Shown piece after piece: positions 29,151 to 44,479 of a stretch of 64,000 bases of DNA (positions within the stretch are counted from its first letter, which is position 1; each line of letters opens with the position of its first letter). The translations under genes and the position numbers were made by a program. The notes beneath the pieces are model-generated. The model was given only the letters and a program-made list of their open reading frames with translations. It did not search any database and was not told the DNA's origin. Origin of the DNA: the human T2T-CHM13v2.0 reference genome, Homo sapiens; assembly GCF_009914755.1 (NCBI RefSeq), contig NC_060937.1, one strand, 5' to 3'.

Positions 29151-30829
29151 GGTAAATATTTTAAAAAAGGTTTAGTAAAATCACATAATCTTGTGTTTTA
29201 GATTGTGGTAACTGTGAAATATTTGCACAATAGAATATTTACTGGAAAGAAGGAAAACTCAAAGGCCAGAAAAAGTATTTGAAAGGCATGCATAGAAAAG
29301 GTAAGAGATGTCGGGGTCTCTGGAACTAATTAGCTAAAGGAAAACATAGAAACAAGGTATTTGTCTTTACTTTTTATTTCACTTTCCATCATAATTCTGT
29401 AAGCTAAAAATTACTTAACATAGTAAGATTTTTATCTTTAACTCGGTGAAAGATAATAATCATAGGTAATTATTGTATATTAACTGAATGGAACACAATA
29501 ATAGGTTCTTAGTTGACTAGTAAACAGCACACACAAACACACACTCATTGCATACATTTGAACAGTACTAGATGTAATACTAAATAAATATAATTTCATT
29601 TGCTTATGTTGCTTTGTATTCTATATTAAACTGGTGAGTAGCTACTGAGAATAAATACTTTATTTGAAGTCTGCTGTACTTCTTTCATGATTGTTGTATT
29701 AAACTCCTTTTGTGTATATTTTATAACCGGTCAGGTTTTGTAATAAATAAAATCACAAGATATTTTATAATTAATTTTAGATGCTGCTAATTTTCTATAG
29801 TGTGTTGAACTCCTGGACTTAATAAAAAAGATGCAATGAACTATATTGTATCTTTACTGATAATTATATAGATTTATTATAGTCTGTCAGAAAGTTTGAA
29901 ATAGCGTTATTTGTTGTCTAGCCCTTGGATTATTTCTAAATATGAAATTTTATTTGATAAGTTTATTTTATATTTAAAAATGATTTGCTTTTTATTCTAG
30001 ATCCATTTAATTCTCTGTTACCTAGAAAACCGTATTTGCCTGATGTGTATGCACAATGATCTCATTTAAGTTGGGTCTACTCTGAATAAATGTGATAATC
30101 CAAATCGGTTCATTTCACCATTTCAGCACTTACTTTTATTTGTCAAGTGGCAAATACTTCATTAATTCAAAGACATACTTCGTCAATTTGATTGCCTATC
30201 TTGTTGGTACAGCTGCTTGTTTTCATAATCCAGTTGCATATTAGGGTATTTGAGTCTGTAGTTACATGACCAATCTTGTTTGTTTGCTGATGACTCTCTG
30301 CTTTAATAATTGAAGTCATCAGTGTATGAAAATGTGTGTTTTGCAAACACTGATCCATTGACCAAGCTGTGTGTTGGTACACTAATTAATAGTATCTATA
30401 TTAAAATGCTTTCATAAAAAAGGTGGTGCTATAATATAAAATAACAGAGTTACAGCACATTATTTGCAATGTAAATATATAAACTAGTGGAATCTATAAA
30501 TAACTTTAAATATATAGTGAGCTGTATTTATTGCAATAGAAAATTTTAAGCAAGGCAATCACCTGTCACCTTTTTCCGCCTAAGGATTTGTTTGGTGCAA
30601 AAGATGCCATTTAAATCATTCTCCTGAATCAATAAATTTTAACAAGACAGAGTACTTTTCTGTATGTTTTATACTATGTTAGCAAGGTCATGAGAAAGGT
30701 CAATCAAAGTTAGAGAAGGCTTTGAAGAAAATATATGAATATATGAGTTGACTTGTTTCTATAAGTCATTTTCTAAACAGGTAAGTTATAGAATTTCATA
30801 GACAATGAGAAAAATGAATAATAAAATAT

Positions 30830-33800
30830 CATTGAGTTCTGGTTTGACATTTAAGCGTCCTGGACATTGTAATTCCATCCTAATAAGTAAAAGCTCAACA
30901 AACCGAAAGTAAACAACTCTTTTTAGATCTGTCATAAAACTGATGTCACAAGGCAAACTGTTGCCCCAAGAAGAAGCCATCACAGAAACAAGTTCCAGGG
31001 TAGAAAACCTGATCTGTAATTGACAATTTGTTGCAGGCTTAATGTGGACAAGTCTGAGAGTTGGGAAATTCAGGGTGCTCAGCCTTAGGGGAACACACTC
31101 ACACTTTTCACAGTTTTACTTCCAGGAGTTCTACTATGTTCTCACAGTAAAAATCTGAGGAAAATTCCCTCTTGATTCTGGCAATGGGAGGGGAGGAGTA
31201 GCCATTTACAAACATGACAAAGCATTTTGTTCTTCTCAACAAGGCTTGCCCTCATGAGAAACTACTTTACCAGAACCTAACATGTTGAAATTTATCAGAG
31301 TTTCACTAATGTTGGGGAAGGGAATTATCCAACTCTGGCCTGCTTTAGCCCTCTCTGTGGGGGAAGATAAATGCATAACCCCGGCTACTCCTAGCCTTCC
31401 ATGTGGAAAAAGAAAAATACCAAACTTCTACCTTCTCTAATTGTCTTTGTTACCTAAGGTGGGGGCAGTACTGAAAAGCACTCATGAAGTTCAGCTCAGG
31501 GTCCCAGTATCACTAAATGACTGAAACCTAATTATAAGACTGTAGAATGCTTCCTCCTTGCCCCCACACATTACCATCACATTACTAAAGGCTGCTTAAG
31601 AAAACACAGTTTGAAGGGACAGAGCAAGCGTCATAACCAGAGTCACATATTAACTAGAATATTGGAATTATCATACCAAAAATCTAAAATAACTATGAGT
31701 AATATGCTAAAGGCTCTAACAGTGACAGAAATTCCCCAGAAAGAAACAAAAATAAATGCTAGAGATAAAATACACTGTAACAGAAATAAAGAATGCCTAT
31801 CATATACTCAGTAGTAAACTGGACATGGAGGAGAAATGAAGCCCTGAGCTTGAGGATATGTCAATACAGATTTTCAGAACTCAAAAGCAAATATAGAAAA
31901 GACTAAAAATATTATTTGAGAACTTTGGGACAATGATAAAAGGTGTAACATACATGTAATGGGAATGCAAGAAATAGAAAAAAAGAGAGAAACAAAGGAA
32001 GAAATATTTGAAACAGTAATAACTGGGAATCTCTCCAAAGTAATGTCAGACATCAAATCACAAATCCAGGAAGCTCAAATCCACCAGGCCGGGCAAATGC
32101 AAACAAACAAACAAAACAAAACAAAAAAACCCACACCTGAGCATATCGTACAAACTGCAGAAAATCAAAGATTAAAAAGATAATAAAGGAATACTGTGAA
32201 CAGATCTAGGACCACAAATTTGAAAATCTAGATGAAATAAACCAATCCCTGGAGAGGCACAATCTGCCAAAACTCATACAAGAAGAAATAGATAATATGA
32301 ATAGACCTATATTTATTAAATAAATTGAATCAATAATTAAAAACCTTCCAGAAAAGAAAGTACCTAGCCCATATGAATTCACTGGTGTATTCTTCCAAAC
32401 ATTTAAGAAAAAATGTTACCAATTATATACAATCTTTTCCAGGAGAAAAAAACAGAATGAAAACTTCCTAACTCATTCTATGAAGCTAGCATTATCTTAA
32501 TACAGAAACCAACAATCAAACGGCTGTAAAACTGCAAACCAATAACTCTTATAAACATAGATTTAATTCTCAATAAGATATTAGCTAACGGAATGCAACA
32601 ATGAATTAAAAGAACTGAACTTCACAAACAAATGGAATTTAATCCAGGTATGCAATGCTGGTTCAACATTTGAAAATCAGTGAATGTAATTTATCACATT
32701 AACGGGACAAAGATGAAAACCACATAATTATATCAATAGATACAGAAAAGCAATTGACAAAATCCAATGCTTATTCATGTCAAAATCTCTTAGTAAAGTA
32801 GAAATAGAACTTCCTGAAGTTGACAAAGATTATCTACAAAAAAATCCAACAGCTAACATCATACTTCATGGTAAGAAACTTCAGAAACTATACTGATAAG
32901 ATCGGTAGCAATGCCAGGGTTTTCATTCTTACCACTACTTTTCAACATTGTATTGGAAGTCCTAGCTAATCTAATCAGACAAGAAAAGGAAAAAAAAGGT
33001 ATACAGATTGGGAAGGAAGAAATGAAACTGTTTTTGTTCATAGATAACATGATTGTCTATGTAGAAAATCCAAATGAATCAACAACAACAGAACTCCTGG
33101 AACTACATTATTACAGCAATGTTGCTGGATACAATTTCCATATGCAAAAGTCAATTTATTTCTTATATTCCAGTAATGAAGAAGATAAATCTAAAATTAA
33201 AAGCACAATGCCATTTTTATTAGCACTCCAAGAATGAAATATTTAGGTATAAATCTAACAAAATATATCAAGGTTTTAATCGAGGAAAACTACAAAGCTC
33301 TGACAAAAGAAATTATGAAACTAAATAAATTGAGAAATATTCCATATTCATGAGAAGAAAGACTCGCTATTTTCAGGATGTTGGTTGTTTCCAACTTTAT
33401 CTATAAATCAATGCAATTTCAATAAAAATTCCAGAGAGTTATTTTGTGAACATGACAAATAATTCTAAAGTTTATATAAAGAGACAAATAACCAGAATAA
33501 CCAATACAGCCTTAAAAGAGAAGAACACATTTGGAAGGCTGACTCTACCCAACTTCAAGATTTACTAACAAGGTATGTTAATCAAGACACTGTGATACTG
33601 ATGAAAGAATAGAGAAATAGACCAAATGGAACAGAACAGAGAGCCCACTAATGGACCCACAGAAATACTGTCAACTGATGTTTCACAAACGAGCAAACAC
33701 AATATAATGAGAACAAAACAGTCTTCAACAATTGGTGCTTAATAACATAAATCACAAGAAAAAATAATCAATCTAGACATCGAATTTAAATCTTTCACAA

Positions 33801-35845
33801 AAATTGCCCCACAATGGATCATATATCGGAATGCAAAACAAAAAACTATAAAACCTCTAGAAAATAACCTAGGATAAAATTTAGTTTGGCAATGACATTT
33901 TGTTAAAACACCAAAGAATGGATCCATGAGATGAATAATTATTAAACTAGACTTCATTAAAATTACAAAAAACCCCCAACATTTTGCTCCCCAAAAGACA
34001 CTGTCAAAAGAAGAAGACAGCCATATAATGGGAGAAAATATTTGCATAAGATATTTCTCATGAAGGACAGTTATTCAAAAAATTCTTGAAATTCAATAGT
34101 AAGAAAACAAATTGATTTTTAAAAGTGGGCAAAAGATCTGAATAAACACCTCACTAAAAAGTACATATAGATAGTGGATAAACATATAAAAATTTTCAAC
34201 AGCATGTGTCATTAATGAATAGCAAGTGAAAACAATAATGAGATACCACTACATACTATTAGAATTGTAAAAACCCAAAACACTGATACCACCAAATGAT
34301 GGTGAGGATGGGGAGCAACAGAAACTCTTATTTATTGCTACTGGATTTGCAAAATGACACAATGACTTTGAGAAACAGTGAGACATTTTCTTACAAAAGT
34401 ATAGTTTTACCATCTGATCCAGCAATCACTCTTTGATAGTTATCCAAATGGGTTGAAAACATAGCCACACAAAAAACGTGCACATGAATACTTTTAGCAC
34501 CTTTATTCATAATTACCAAAACTTGGAAGCAACCAAGAAGTGTTTCAGTAGGTAAATGGCTAAATAATTGTAGTACATCTAGACAATGGATTGTTATATA
34601 GAGATAAATGAGTAATCAACAAAATTTGAAGATTATAAGAATGACTTAAGAAAGTTATCTAAATAAATCTCAGGTTTTGGCCTGGTGAAAAGACCATACA
34701 TCAAGATATAGGAATACAAGAGAATAATCAAGTTTGGGGAAAAAATGATAAATACATTTGGTATATAATGAGTACTTGCCAGTTATCTAAGAAAAGATGT
34801 TCTGTAGGTAGGTGTATAAACCATTCTGTGGCCCAGGAGTGACTGCTGTGATACAGATTTAGGAGAAATCACATCCACATTTAAGTGTTTAAAAACTGTA
34901 AGTCTGAATAAGGCTGCCTACGTGAATATATAGAGTAGGTAAGGAAAAAAATGGACAAAGGATTCCACTAAAACACTATTAGAATTAATAATCAAATTCA
35001 GCAAAGTTGTAGGATACACAATCTGTATACAGAAAACAATTGTATTTCTATATAATAGTAATGAACACTTCGGGGGAAAAATAACAAAGGTCGGAAATAA
35101 ATATGAAACTTCAGATACTAGTGTATCTCTTTCAAAGGATTTTTTGGCACAAGAAAGCTATTATTTGCAACACCTTTTTCTTTATTCATTTATTTAAAGT
35201 CAACACATTTTCAAATTTAGCTTTACCATAACTAACTTTATAATACTTTTTGTGACATCATGAATTTTATACACAGATTAAAATTAAATTTAAAAAGATC
35301 TGTGAGTGTAATAAAGAGCTATGAAACAAAGATGCATATTATTAAGCAATATAAGCCAATCTGAAAAGTATATGCTATATGATTCTAACTATATAACATT
35401 TTGGAAAAAGTAAAACTATAGAGACAGTTAAAAAATCAGTGTTTTCAGGGAATAACAGATTGGAGGAGGAATGATTAGGTATAGAGTAGAGGATTTTTAG
35501 GGCAGTGAAACTATTCTGTATTATATTATAATAGTGGATACATGTCATTACACATTTATGAAAACCCATTAATTATAGAACACCAACAATTTATATGGAG
35601 AGAAAAACTCCATAGGGTTTACTCTTACGTTATTGAATCTTAAGGTAAACTATGTACTTTGAACATTTATGATGTGTCAATAGGGGGTCATATATTATAA
35701 CAAATGTACGATTTTTATGTGGGATGTAGTTCAGGAGGCTGTGCCTGTGTGAGTGCAGGGGATGTGAGGGAACTCCCTGTACTTTCTGCTCAGTATTGGT
35801 GTAGACTGAAAAGAGTTCTAAAAATATTTTCTATTTTTTAAAAAA
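30830..35845 (+). mobile_element. L1MC1/2-type element from 5' end to 3' end, with an internal deletion and a foreign insert
   Basis: 5' aacaactctttttagatc; ORF1 remnant EEIFETVITGNLSKVM; RT remnant [47 protein letters not shown]; L1MC1-type 3' UTR at 35311-35845. Confidence 0.8.
34650..34960 (-). mobile_element. L2 internal fragment inside the insert
   Basis: caggttttggcctgg...gatataggaatacaagagaataatcaagtttgggg...gatacagatttaggag. Confidence 0.6.
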
Positions 35846-35869
35846 ATCATTTAATTTATAAAATATTAC

Positions 35870-36975
<1,106 letters not shown>

Positions 36976-36980
36976 GTCAA

Positions 36981-37764
36981 GAGTGAGCATCCTTGTCTTA
37001 TGCCTAATCTTAGGAAATGAAAAGCTTTTACTTTTTCATTTTTTAATATGATATTAGCTCTGGGCTTATCATATATGGTCTTTATTATTTTGAGGTACAT
37101 TTCTTATATACTTTGTTTGCTGAGCATTTTTAAGATGAAAGAATGTTGAATTTTGTCAAATTCCTTTCTGATTTTATTGAGATAATTCTGTGATACTCAT
37201 TAATAGAATGAATTTTATGATTCATTCTATTAATGAAGTATATTACATTTATTAATTTGCATATATTAGAACACATTTACATCCCAGGGATAAATCCCTT
37301 CTGATTATAGTGTATGATCCTTTGTTTGTGCTGCTAAATTTGGTTTGCTAGTATTTTGTTGACGATTTTTGCATCTACGTACATCAAGGATATTGGTCTC
37401 CAATTTTCTTTATTTGTGGTGTGGTCTGGCTTTGTTATAAGGATAATACTGACCTCATAAATTGAGTTTGAAAGTGTTCCCTCATCTTCAATTTTTTTTA
37501 ATAGTTGAGGAAGATTGGCACCAATTCTTGTTTAATTGTTTGGTAAATTCACTAACAAAGCCATTTGGTCCTGGGCTTTTCATTTTGAAGAGGTTTTTAA
37601 TTATTTATGCAATTTTTAAATTAATTATTGGTCTGTCCATATTTTCCATTTCTCCATAATTTAGCCTTGTTAGGTTGTGTGTACCTAGGAGTTTATTCAT
37701 TTTTTCTAGGTGATCTAATTTGTTGGTGTGTAAATGTTCATACTAGTCTCTTATGACCCTTCTT
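36981..37764 (-). mobile_element. Inverted 5' segment of an L1MA9-like element
   Basis: Antisense ORF2 beginning gagtgagcatccttgtctt (RQGC.L site). Confidence 0.85.
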
Positions 37765-38546
37765 ACTCACGTGCCTTCTATTAACATAGTACTATGTTCT
37801 TGCCAAAGCACTTAGGTAAGTAAAAGAAGTAAAAAGAATCAAAATTGGACAGAAGAAAGTAAAATTACTTCTGTATACAGATGATATGATTCCATATTTA
37901 GAAAATTATAAAGACTATCTAAATAACTGTTAGAACAAATAAAAATCATTAAATTGTGTATACAAAATCAATATAAAAATCAATTGTTATTATATAAAAA
38001 CAATTCATCTGAAAATGAAGGAACAACTCTATTTATAATACCTTAGAAAACAATAAAATAGTTAGAAAAAAACTTAAGCAATATGGTGACAGAGTTGTAC
38101 CCTGAAAACTACAAAACATTAATTAAAAAAACAATAAGTGGAAAGTCATATTGTGTTCATAAACTGAAAGATTTAATATTGTTAAAATGTTCACATTATC
38201 AAAAGGGATCTACAGAGTCAATGCTGTTCTTATCAAAATCCTAATGGTATTTTTTTTACAGAAAATAATAAAATAAATTAATATGACACCAGAAAAACCC
38301 TAAATAGCTAAAGTGATTTTTTAAAAAATAATTTCAACTTTCATTCTACATTAGGAGGCTACATGTACAGGTTTGTTACATGGGTATACTGCATGATACT
38401 GAGGTTCAGGGTATGAATCCTCTCACGCAGGTAGTCAGTATAGTACCCAACAAGAGATTTTTCAATGCGTGAGCCCTCCATCTGTTCTCCCTTTACTAGT
38501 TCCTAGTGTCTATTATTTTCATCTTTATGTCCATGTGTACTTAATG

Positions 38547-38946
38547 TATGTTAGGCCACTCTTACATTGCTATAAATAAATAATTGACACTGGGTAATTT
38601 ATAAAGAAAAACAAGTTTAATTTTGCAGGCTTTACTGGAAGAATGATGCTGACATCTATTCAGCTTCTGGGGAGGCCTCAGGAAGCTTACAATCATGGCA
38701 GAAGGAAAAGGGGGAGCAGGCATGTCACATGGCCAGAGCAGGAGCAAGTGAGAAAGAGTGGGAGCGCATGGTAACACACATTTTAAAATGACCAGATCTC
38801 ACCAGAACTCGCTGTCATGAAGACAGCACCAACCCACAAGGATTTGCTTCTGTGTTTCAAACACCTCCCACCAGAACCCAGCTCCAGCATTGGAGATTAC
38901 AATTAAACATGAGATTTGGGTGAAGACAAATATTGAAGCCATATCA
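38547..38946 (-). mobile_element. MSTA/B MaLR solo LTR inside L1PA16
   Basis: ggaggcctcaggaagcttacaatcatggcagaagg...ccatatca; TSD taatg/caatg. Confidence 0.92.
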
Positions 38947-39186
38947 CAATGTCTACTTCCCACTTATAAGTGAGAATATGTAGTATTTGATATTCTGTTC
39001 TTGTGATAATTTGCTTAGGATAATGGCCTCCAGCCGCATCTACGTTGCTGCAAAGGACATGACTTTACTGTTTTTAATGGCTGCATAGTATACATGTTCC
39101 ACGGTTTACATGTACCACATTTTCTTTAATCAATCCACCATTTATAAGGACCCAGATTGATTCCACATTTTTGCTATCGTGAATAG

Positions 39187-39632
<446 letters not shown>

Positions 39633-42369
39633 TAATTTACATTCTTACCAACCGTGTGTAAGCATTCCCTTTTCTCCACAGTCTCGCCAGCATCTGTTGT
39701 TTTTTGACTTTTTAATCATAGCCATTCTGACTGGTGTAAGATGGTATCTAATGGTGGTTTTGATTTGCTTTTCTCTGGTAATTAGTAATGATGAATATTT
39801 TTCAAATATTTATTAGCTGCTTGTATAAATTCTTTTGAGAAATGTCTTTTGCCCATTCTTTAATGAGGTTGTTTTTTGCTTGAAGATCTGTTTAAGTTCT
39901 TTATAGAGCCTAGATATCAGGCCTTTGTCGGGTGTACAGTTTGTAAATATTTCTCCCATTATTTAGGCTGTCTGTTCACTCCGTTGATAGCTTTTTGGCA
40001 GCACAGAAGCTCTTTTGTTTCATTTGGTTACACTTGTCAGTGTTTGCTTTGGTTGTAATTGCTTTTGAGGACTTAGCCAAAAATTATTTGCCAAGGTCAA
40101 TGTAAAAAAGGGTATTTTCTAGCTTTTCTTCTAGAATTTTTAATAGTTTGAGGTCTTACATTTAAATCTTTAATCCATCTCGGGTTAACTTTTATGTATG
40201 GTGAATGGTAAGGGTCCAGTTTTATTCTTCTGCATATTGCTAGCCATCTATCCCAGCACCATCTATTCAATAGGGATTCCTTTCCCCATTGCTTATTTTG
40301 GTGACTTTGTGAAAAATAAGCTTTTTGTAGGTGTGCAGCTTTATTTCTGGGTTCTCTATCTTGTTTCCTTGATCTATGTGTCTGCTTTTGTACCAGTACC
40401 ATGCTGTTTTGATTACTATAGCCTATAAAACTCTAAATACTCTGCCAAAAGGCTCCTAGAACTGAAAGTCACATTTCTATATAGTAGTAACATTCAAACT
40501 GAGAGTTAAATCAGGAATATAATCTTATTTATAATAACCACACAAAATAAAATATCTAAGAAAAAATGCTGTTGAAAAAAATCAGAGGTGACACAAATAA
40601 ATGGAAAAACATTCTATGCTCATGTATTTGAATAATCAATATTGTTAAAATGACCATACTGCCCACAGAGATTTACAGATTAAACACTATGCCTATGAAA
40701 CTATCAATGCCGTTTTTAAGTATAATTTTTAAAAATATTCTAAAATTCGCGTGGAACCAAAAGAGTCTGAAGAGCCAAAGCAACTCTCAGCATAAAGAAC
40801 ACAGCAGGAGGCATCATACTGCCCAACTTCAAGGTAAAGTGATACTGAGAAAGGACAACAAAGCTGGAGGCATCACGATTTATGATTTCAAAATATATCA
40901 CAAATTTACAGCAATTAAAACTATGTGGCACTGGCATAAATACAGACATCTAGACAAATGAAACAAAATAAAAAGCTCAAAATAAACACAATTGTTTACA
41001 ATAAACTCATACTTGACAAGGATGCCAAGAATATAAAATGGAAAAAAAAACATTTCTTCAGCCAATGGTGCTGGGAAAACTGGATATTCATATGCAAAAA
41101 CCACGACATTAGACCCTTTCTTACACCATACACAGACAAAACAAATTAACATGGATTAAAACTTAAATTTAAGACTTAAAACTGTAAAAATTCTAGAAGA
41201 AAACATAGGAAAGCTTCTTAATATGTTTCGTGATGATTTCTTGGATATTATGCCAAAACCACAGGAAACAAAACAAAAATACACGAGTAGGACTATATAA
41301 AACTTAAAAGCCTCTACACAGCAAAGAAAACAATCAACAGAATGAAAAGGTAACCTATGGATTATGAGAAAATATTTACAAATTTTATATCTGGCAAAAG
41401 GTTAATTTCTGAAATATTTAGGGAACTCCAACAACTCAACAGCAAAGTAATAATAATAACCCCTTTAAAATGGGCAAATGACTTTAGCCAATATTTGTTT
41501 ATAGAAGACACACAAATGGCCAACAGGTATATGAAAAGATGTTTAATATCATTAATAAACAGGAAAATTCAAATCAAGACCATAATGTGATATCACTTCT
41601 CATCTGTTAAAATGGCTACTATCAAAAAAAAAATCAAAAGGTAACAAGTGTTAGCAAGGATTTGAAGAAGTTAGAACTCTTGTATGTTGCTGGTAGAAAT
41701 ATAAAATAGTGCAGCAGCCGTGGAAAATAGTATGAAGGTTTATAACAACTAAAAATAGAATTACCATATGATCCAATAATCAAATTGAAATCAGAATCTC
41801 AAAGAGATATCTACTGTCCTGTGTTCATTTTGGCATTATTCACACTAGCCAGAATATGGGAACAATCCAAATGTCAATCAACGAATGAATAAAGAAAATG
41901 TGGAATAAAAATCAAGTGGAATATTATTCAGTCTTGAAAAAGAAGGGAATTTTGTCATTTACAACAACATGGATGAACCTGAACATTTTGCTCAGTGAAA
42001 TAATTCAGTCCCAGGAGAACAAGCACTGCAAGATTCCAGTTCTATGCAAGGTCTGAAATAGTTAAACTCATTGAAATAGAGAATTCAGTTATGGTTGCCA
42101 AGGACTGGGAGGTAGGGGATATGGGAATTGTTCCATAGGTATGAAGTTACGGTCAAGCTAGATAAATATTTCCAGAGATATACTGTATAATACAGTACCT
42201 GTAGTTAATAGTACAGCAATACACACTTCGATATTTTATGATGTGTAAAATATACAATAATGAAGTCATTTAAAATTTTGCCATCATAGTGACAAATTTG
42301 CTTTCGGTGAATCTGAATTTTTTTGCTGAAAAGAATACAGCATCACTAAAAATTTTTTCTAATATATAC

Positions 42370-42850
42370 ACAATGCTTATATAAATTGTTATATAAATTG
42401 TTACATATATAAAACCATATATAACATATGTTATAACATATATGTTATAACATATGTAACATATTCAACATATATAACATTTATATATGACATATATAAA
42501 TATATAAAACATATATATTATATATAAAACATACATGTAACATGTTATATATAACATATAAACCGTATATAGAACATATATATAACGTGTCATATATAAA
42601 TATAAATAAATAAAACCATATATAACATGTTATATATAACCATATATAACACCATATATAACATATATATAACATGTTATATATATGGTGTTATATATAT
42701 AAAATGTTTTATGTATTTATATATGTTATATATGAATGTTATATATGTTGAATGTTACATATGTTATAACATTATATATAACATATATAATGTTATATAT
42801 GTTATATATATGTTATATATATGTTGAATACATTATATGTAACATTCAAT
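42370..42850. repeat. Degenerate (TA)-rich repeat with internal inverted repeats
   Basis: tatataaca/tgttatata units; perfect 26-bp palindrome at 42662-42687. Confidence 0.9.
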
Positions 42851-42941
42851 TATGAGTATAAATCTGACCCAATATTTTAATTAATGGTAATATAACCTTC
42901 AGATATGCATGCTTATGTAGACCAAGAGACAAGTTCAAGTA

Positions 42942-43762
42942 GAGCTTGAGTATCCCTTATTCAAAATGCTTGGGAAAAGAAGAGTTTGGAATTTCAGATT
43001 TCTTTTGGAATATTTGTATCTACATAGTGAGATATCATGGGGATTTGACACAAGTCTAAAGAAGAAATCCATTGACATTTTCTATATATCTCATGCAATA
43101 GCTTGAGGTAACTTTATACAATATTTTAAGTAACTTTATACAATATTTAAAATAATCCCATTAAATTGGAGATTGAGGTGAGATGAACACTTGAGGCCAG
43201 GAGTTCAAGACCAGTCTGGTCAACATAGTGAGACCTTGTATTTACAATAAATTTAAAAATTTTCCAGGCCTGGTGGGCACCTGTGGTCCCCACTACTCAG
43301 GAGGCTGAGGCTGAGGAATACTTTGAGCCCAGGAGTTCAAGGCTATAGTGAGCTATGATCCAGTCTGGGGAACAGAGCAAGAATTTGTCTCTGAAAATAA
43401 ATAAATAAATAAAAATAATAATTTTGTGCATAAAATAAAGTTAGTGTACATTGAACTGATGCATCAGAAAGCAAAGGTGTGTCACTAGCTCAGTCACTCT
43501 TGTAGACAGCCTGTGATTACTTGACATTGCCATCATGCCGTGTGTGGAAAAGATATATTGCAGTTGCAGGGGACTGGGACAGTGTTTTTTTTCTTGGGGA
43601 CACTGAAGAAACTGTGTGTCGTGTGCTGAAGTTTCTACTGAGACCTGCCACATAAGGTCAGGTGTGGAATTTTCCACTTGGGGTGTCACGTCGGTGCTCA
43701 AAAAGTTTTGGATTTTATACCATCTCAGATTGTAGATTTTCAGATTAGGGATGTTCGACCTG
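42942..43762. mobile_element. Tigger4/MER46-type DNA transposon derivative, interrupted by AluJ
   Basis: TIRs gagcttgagtatccct...agggatgttcgacctg, flanked by TA. Confidence 0.88.
43157..43415 (+). mobile_element. AluJ, 5'-truncated
   Basis: ttgaggccaggagttcaagacc...ttgagcccaggagttcaaggctatagtgagctatgatc; (TAAA)n tail; aaaataat flanks. Confidence 0.88.
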
Positions 43763-43769
43763 TATGTGT

Positions 43770-44200
43770 ATGTCAGTGCTATCGATAATAGCTCAAATGT
43801 TGAAAACAATTTATATGTACATCAATACTTTTAGAAATATGTAACATCTCCATGCAATGGAATACTATAGAAATGAAAATAAACCATCTTGAACCGCCCT
43901 CAGCAACATAGACGCATTTCACAGACACAATATTGAGAAAAGAAGCCAGTTGTAACATGCTACATATTGGGCTGTTATTGATATAAAATATTAAAAAAGA
44001 ATAAAACTAGATTTTAGCTTTCAAAGTAAGGATTATGGTTAACTTTGAGAATTGAAGAGGATTAATGGTGAATTTCCTGGATTGTCAGTATTATTCTAAC
44101 CGTTGACCAGGGAAATAGTTACATGGGACTGACAATTCATTGAGCTATATCTTTATGATTCATAAAATGTACCCATATGTGTTATAATTCATGATAAAAA
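43770..44200 (+). mobile_element. L1ME-type 3' fragment
   Basis: catgcaatggaatactata...cacagacacaatattgagaaaagaagccag. Confidence 0.65.
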
Positions 44201-44262
44201 GAGTAATTTTAAATTTTAAAGTAACTGAACTGTAAAAAAAAATGAAGAAGTTGTATGGTGTC

Positions 44263-44479
44263 TTTTTTAAATTATACTTTAAGTTCTAGGGTACATGTGC
44301 ACAACATGCAGGTTTGTTACATATGTATACATGTGCCATGTTGATGTGCTGCACCCATTAACTCATCATTTACACTAGGTATTTCTCCTAATGCTATCCG
44401 TCCCGCTTCCCCCACCCCACGACAGGCCCCTGTGTGTGATGTTCCTCACACTGTGTCCAAGTGTTCTCATTGTTCAATT
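44263..44479 (-). mobile_element. L1PA4-6 3' terminal fragment
   Basis: attatactttaagttctagggtacatgtgcacaac...gtgttctcattgttcaatt. Confidence 0.93.

Noticed and set aside
30128-30382. Minus-strand GTAAGT donor and a 71-aa ORF as a coding exon
   Set aside because: All three minus frames stop within about 120 nt of the donor, and there is no good acceptor
42481-42827. Y/I-rich ORFs
   Set aside because: Artefacts of the TA-rich repeat
44263-44479. L1PA 3' fragment without a visible TSD
   Set aside because: A small target deletion or later loss is common, and nothing more can be inferred from the sequence
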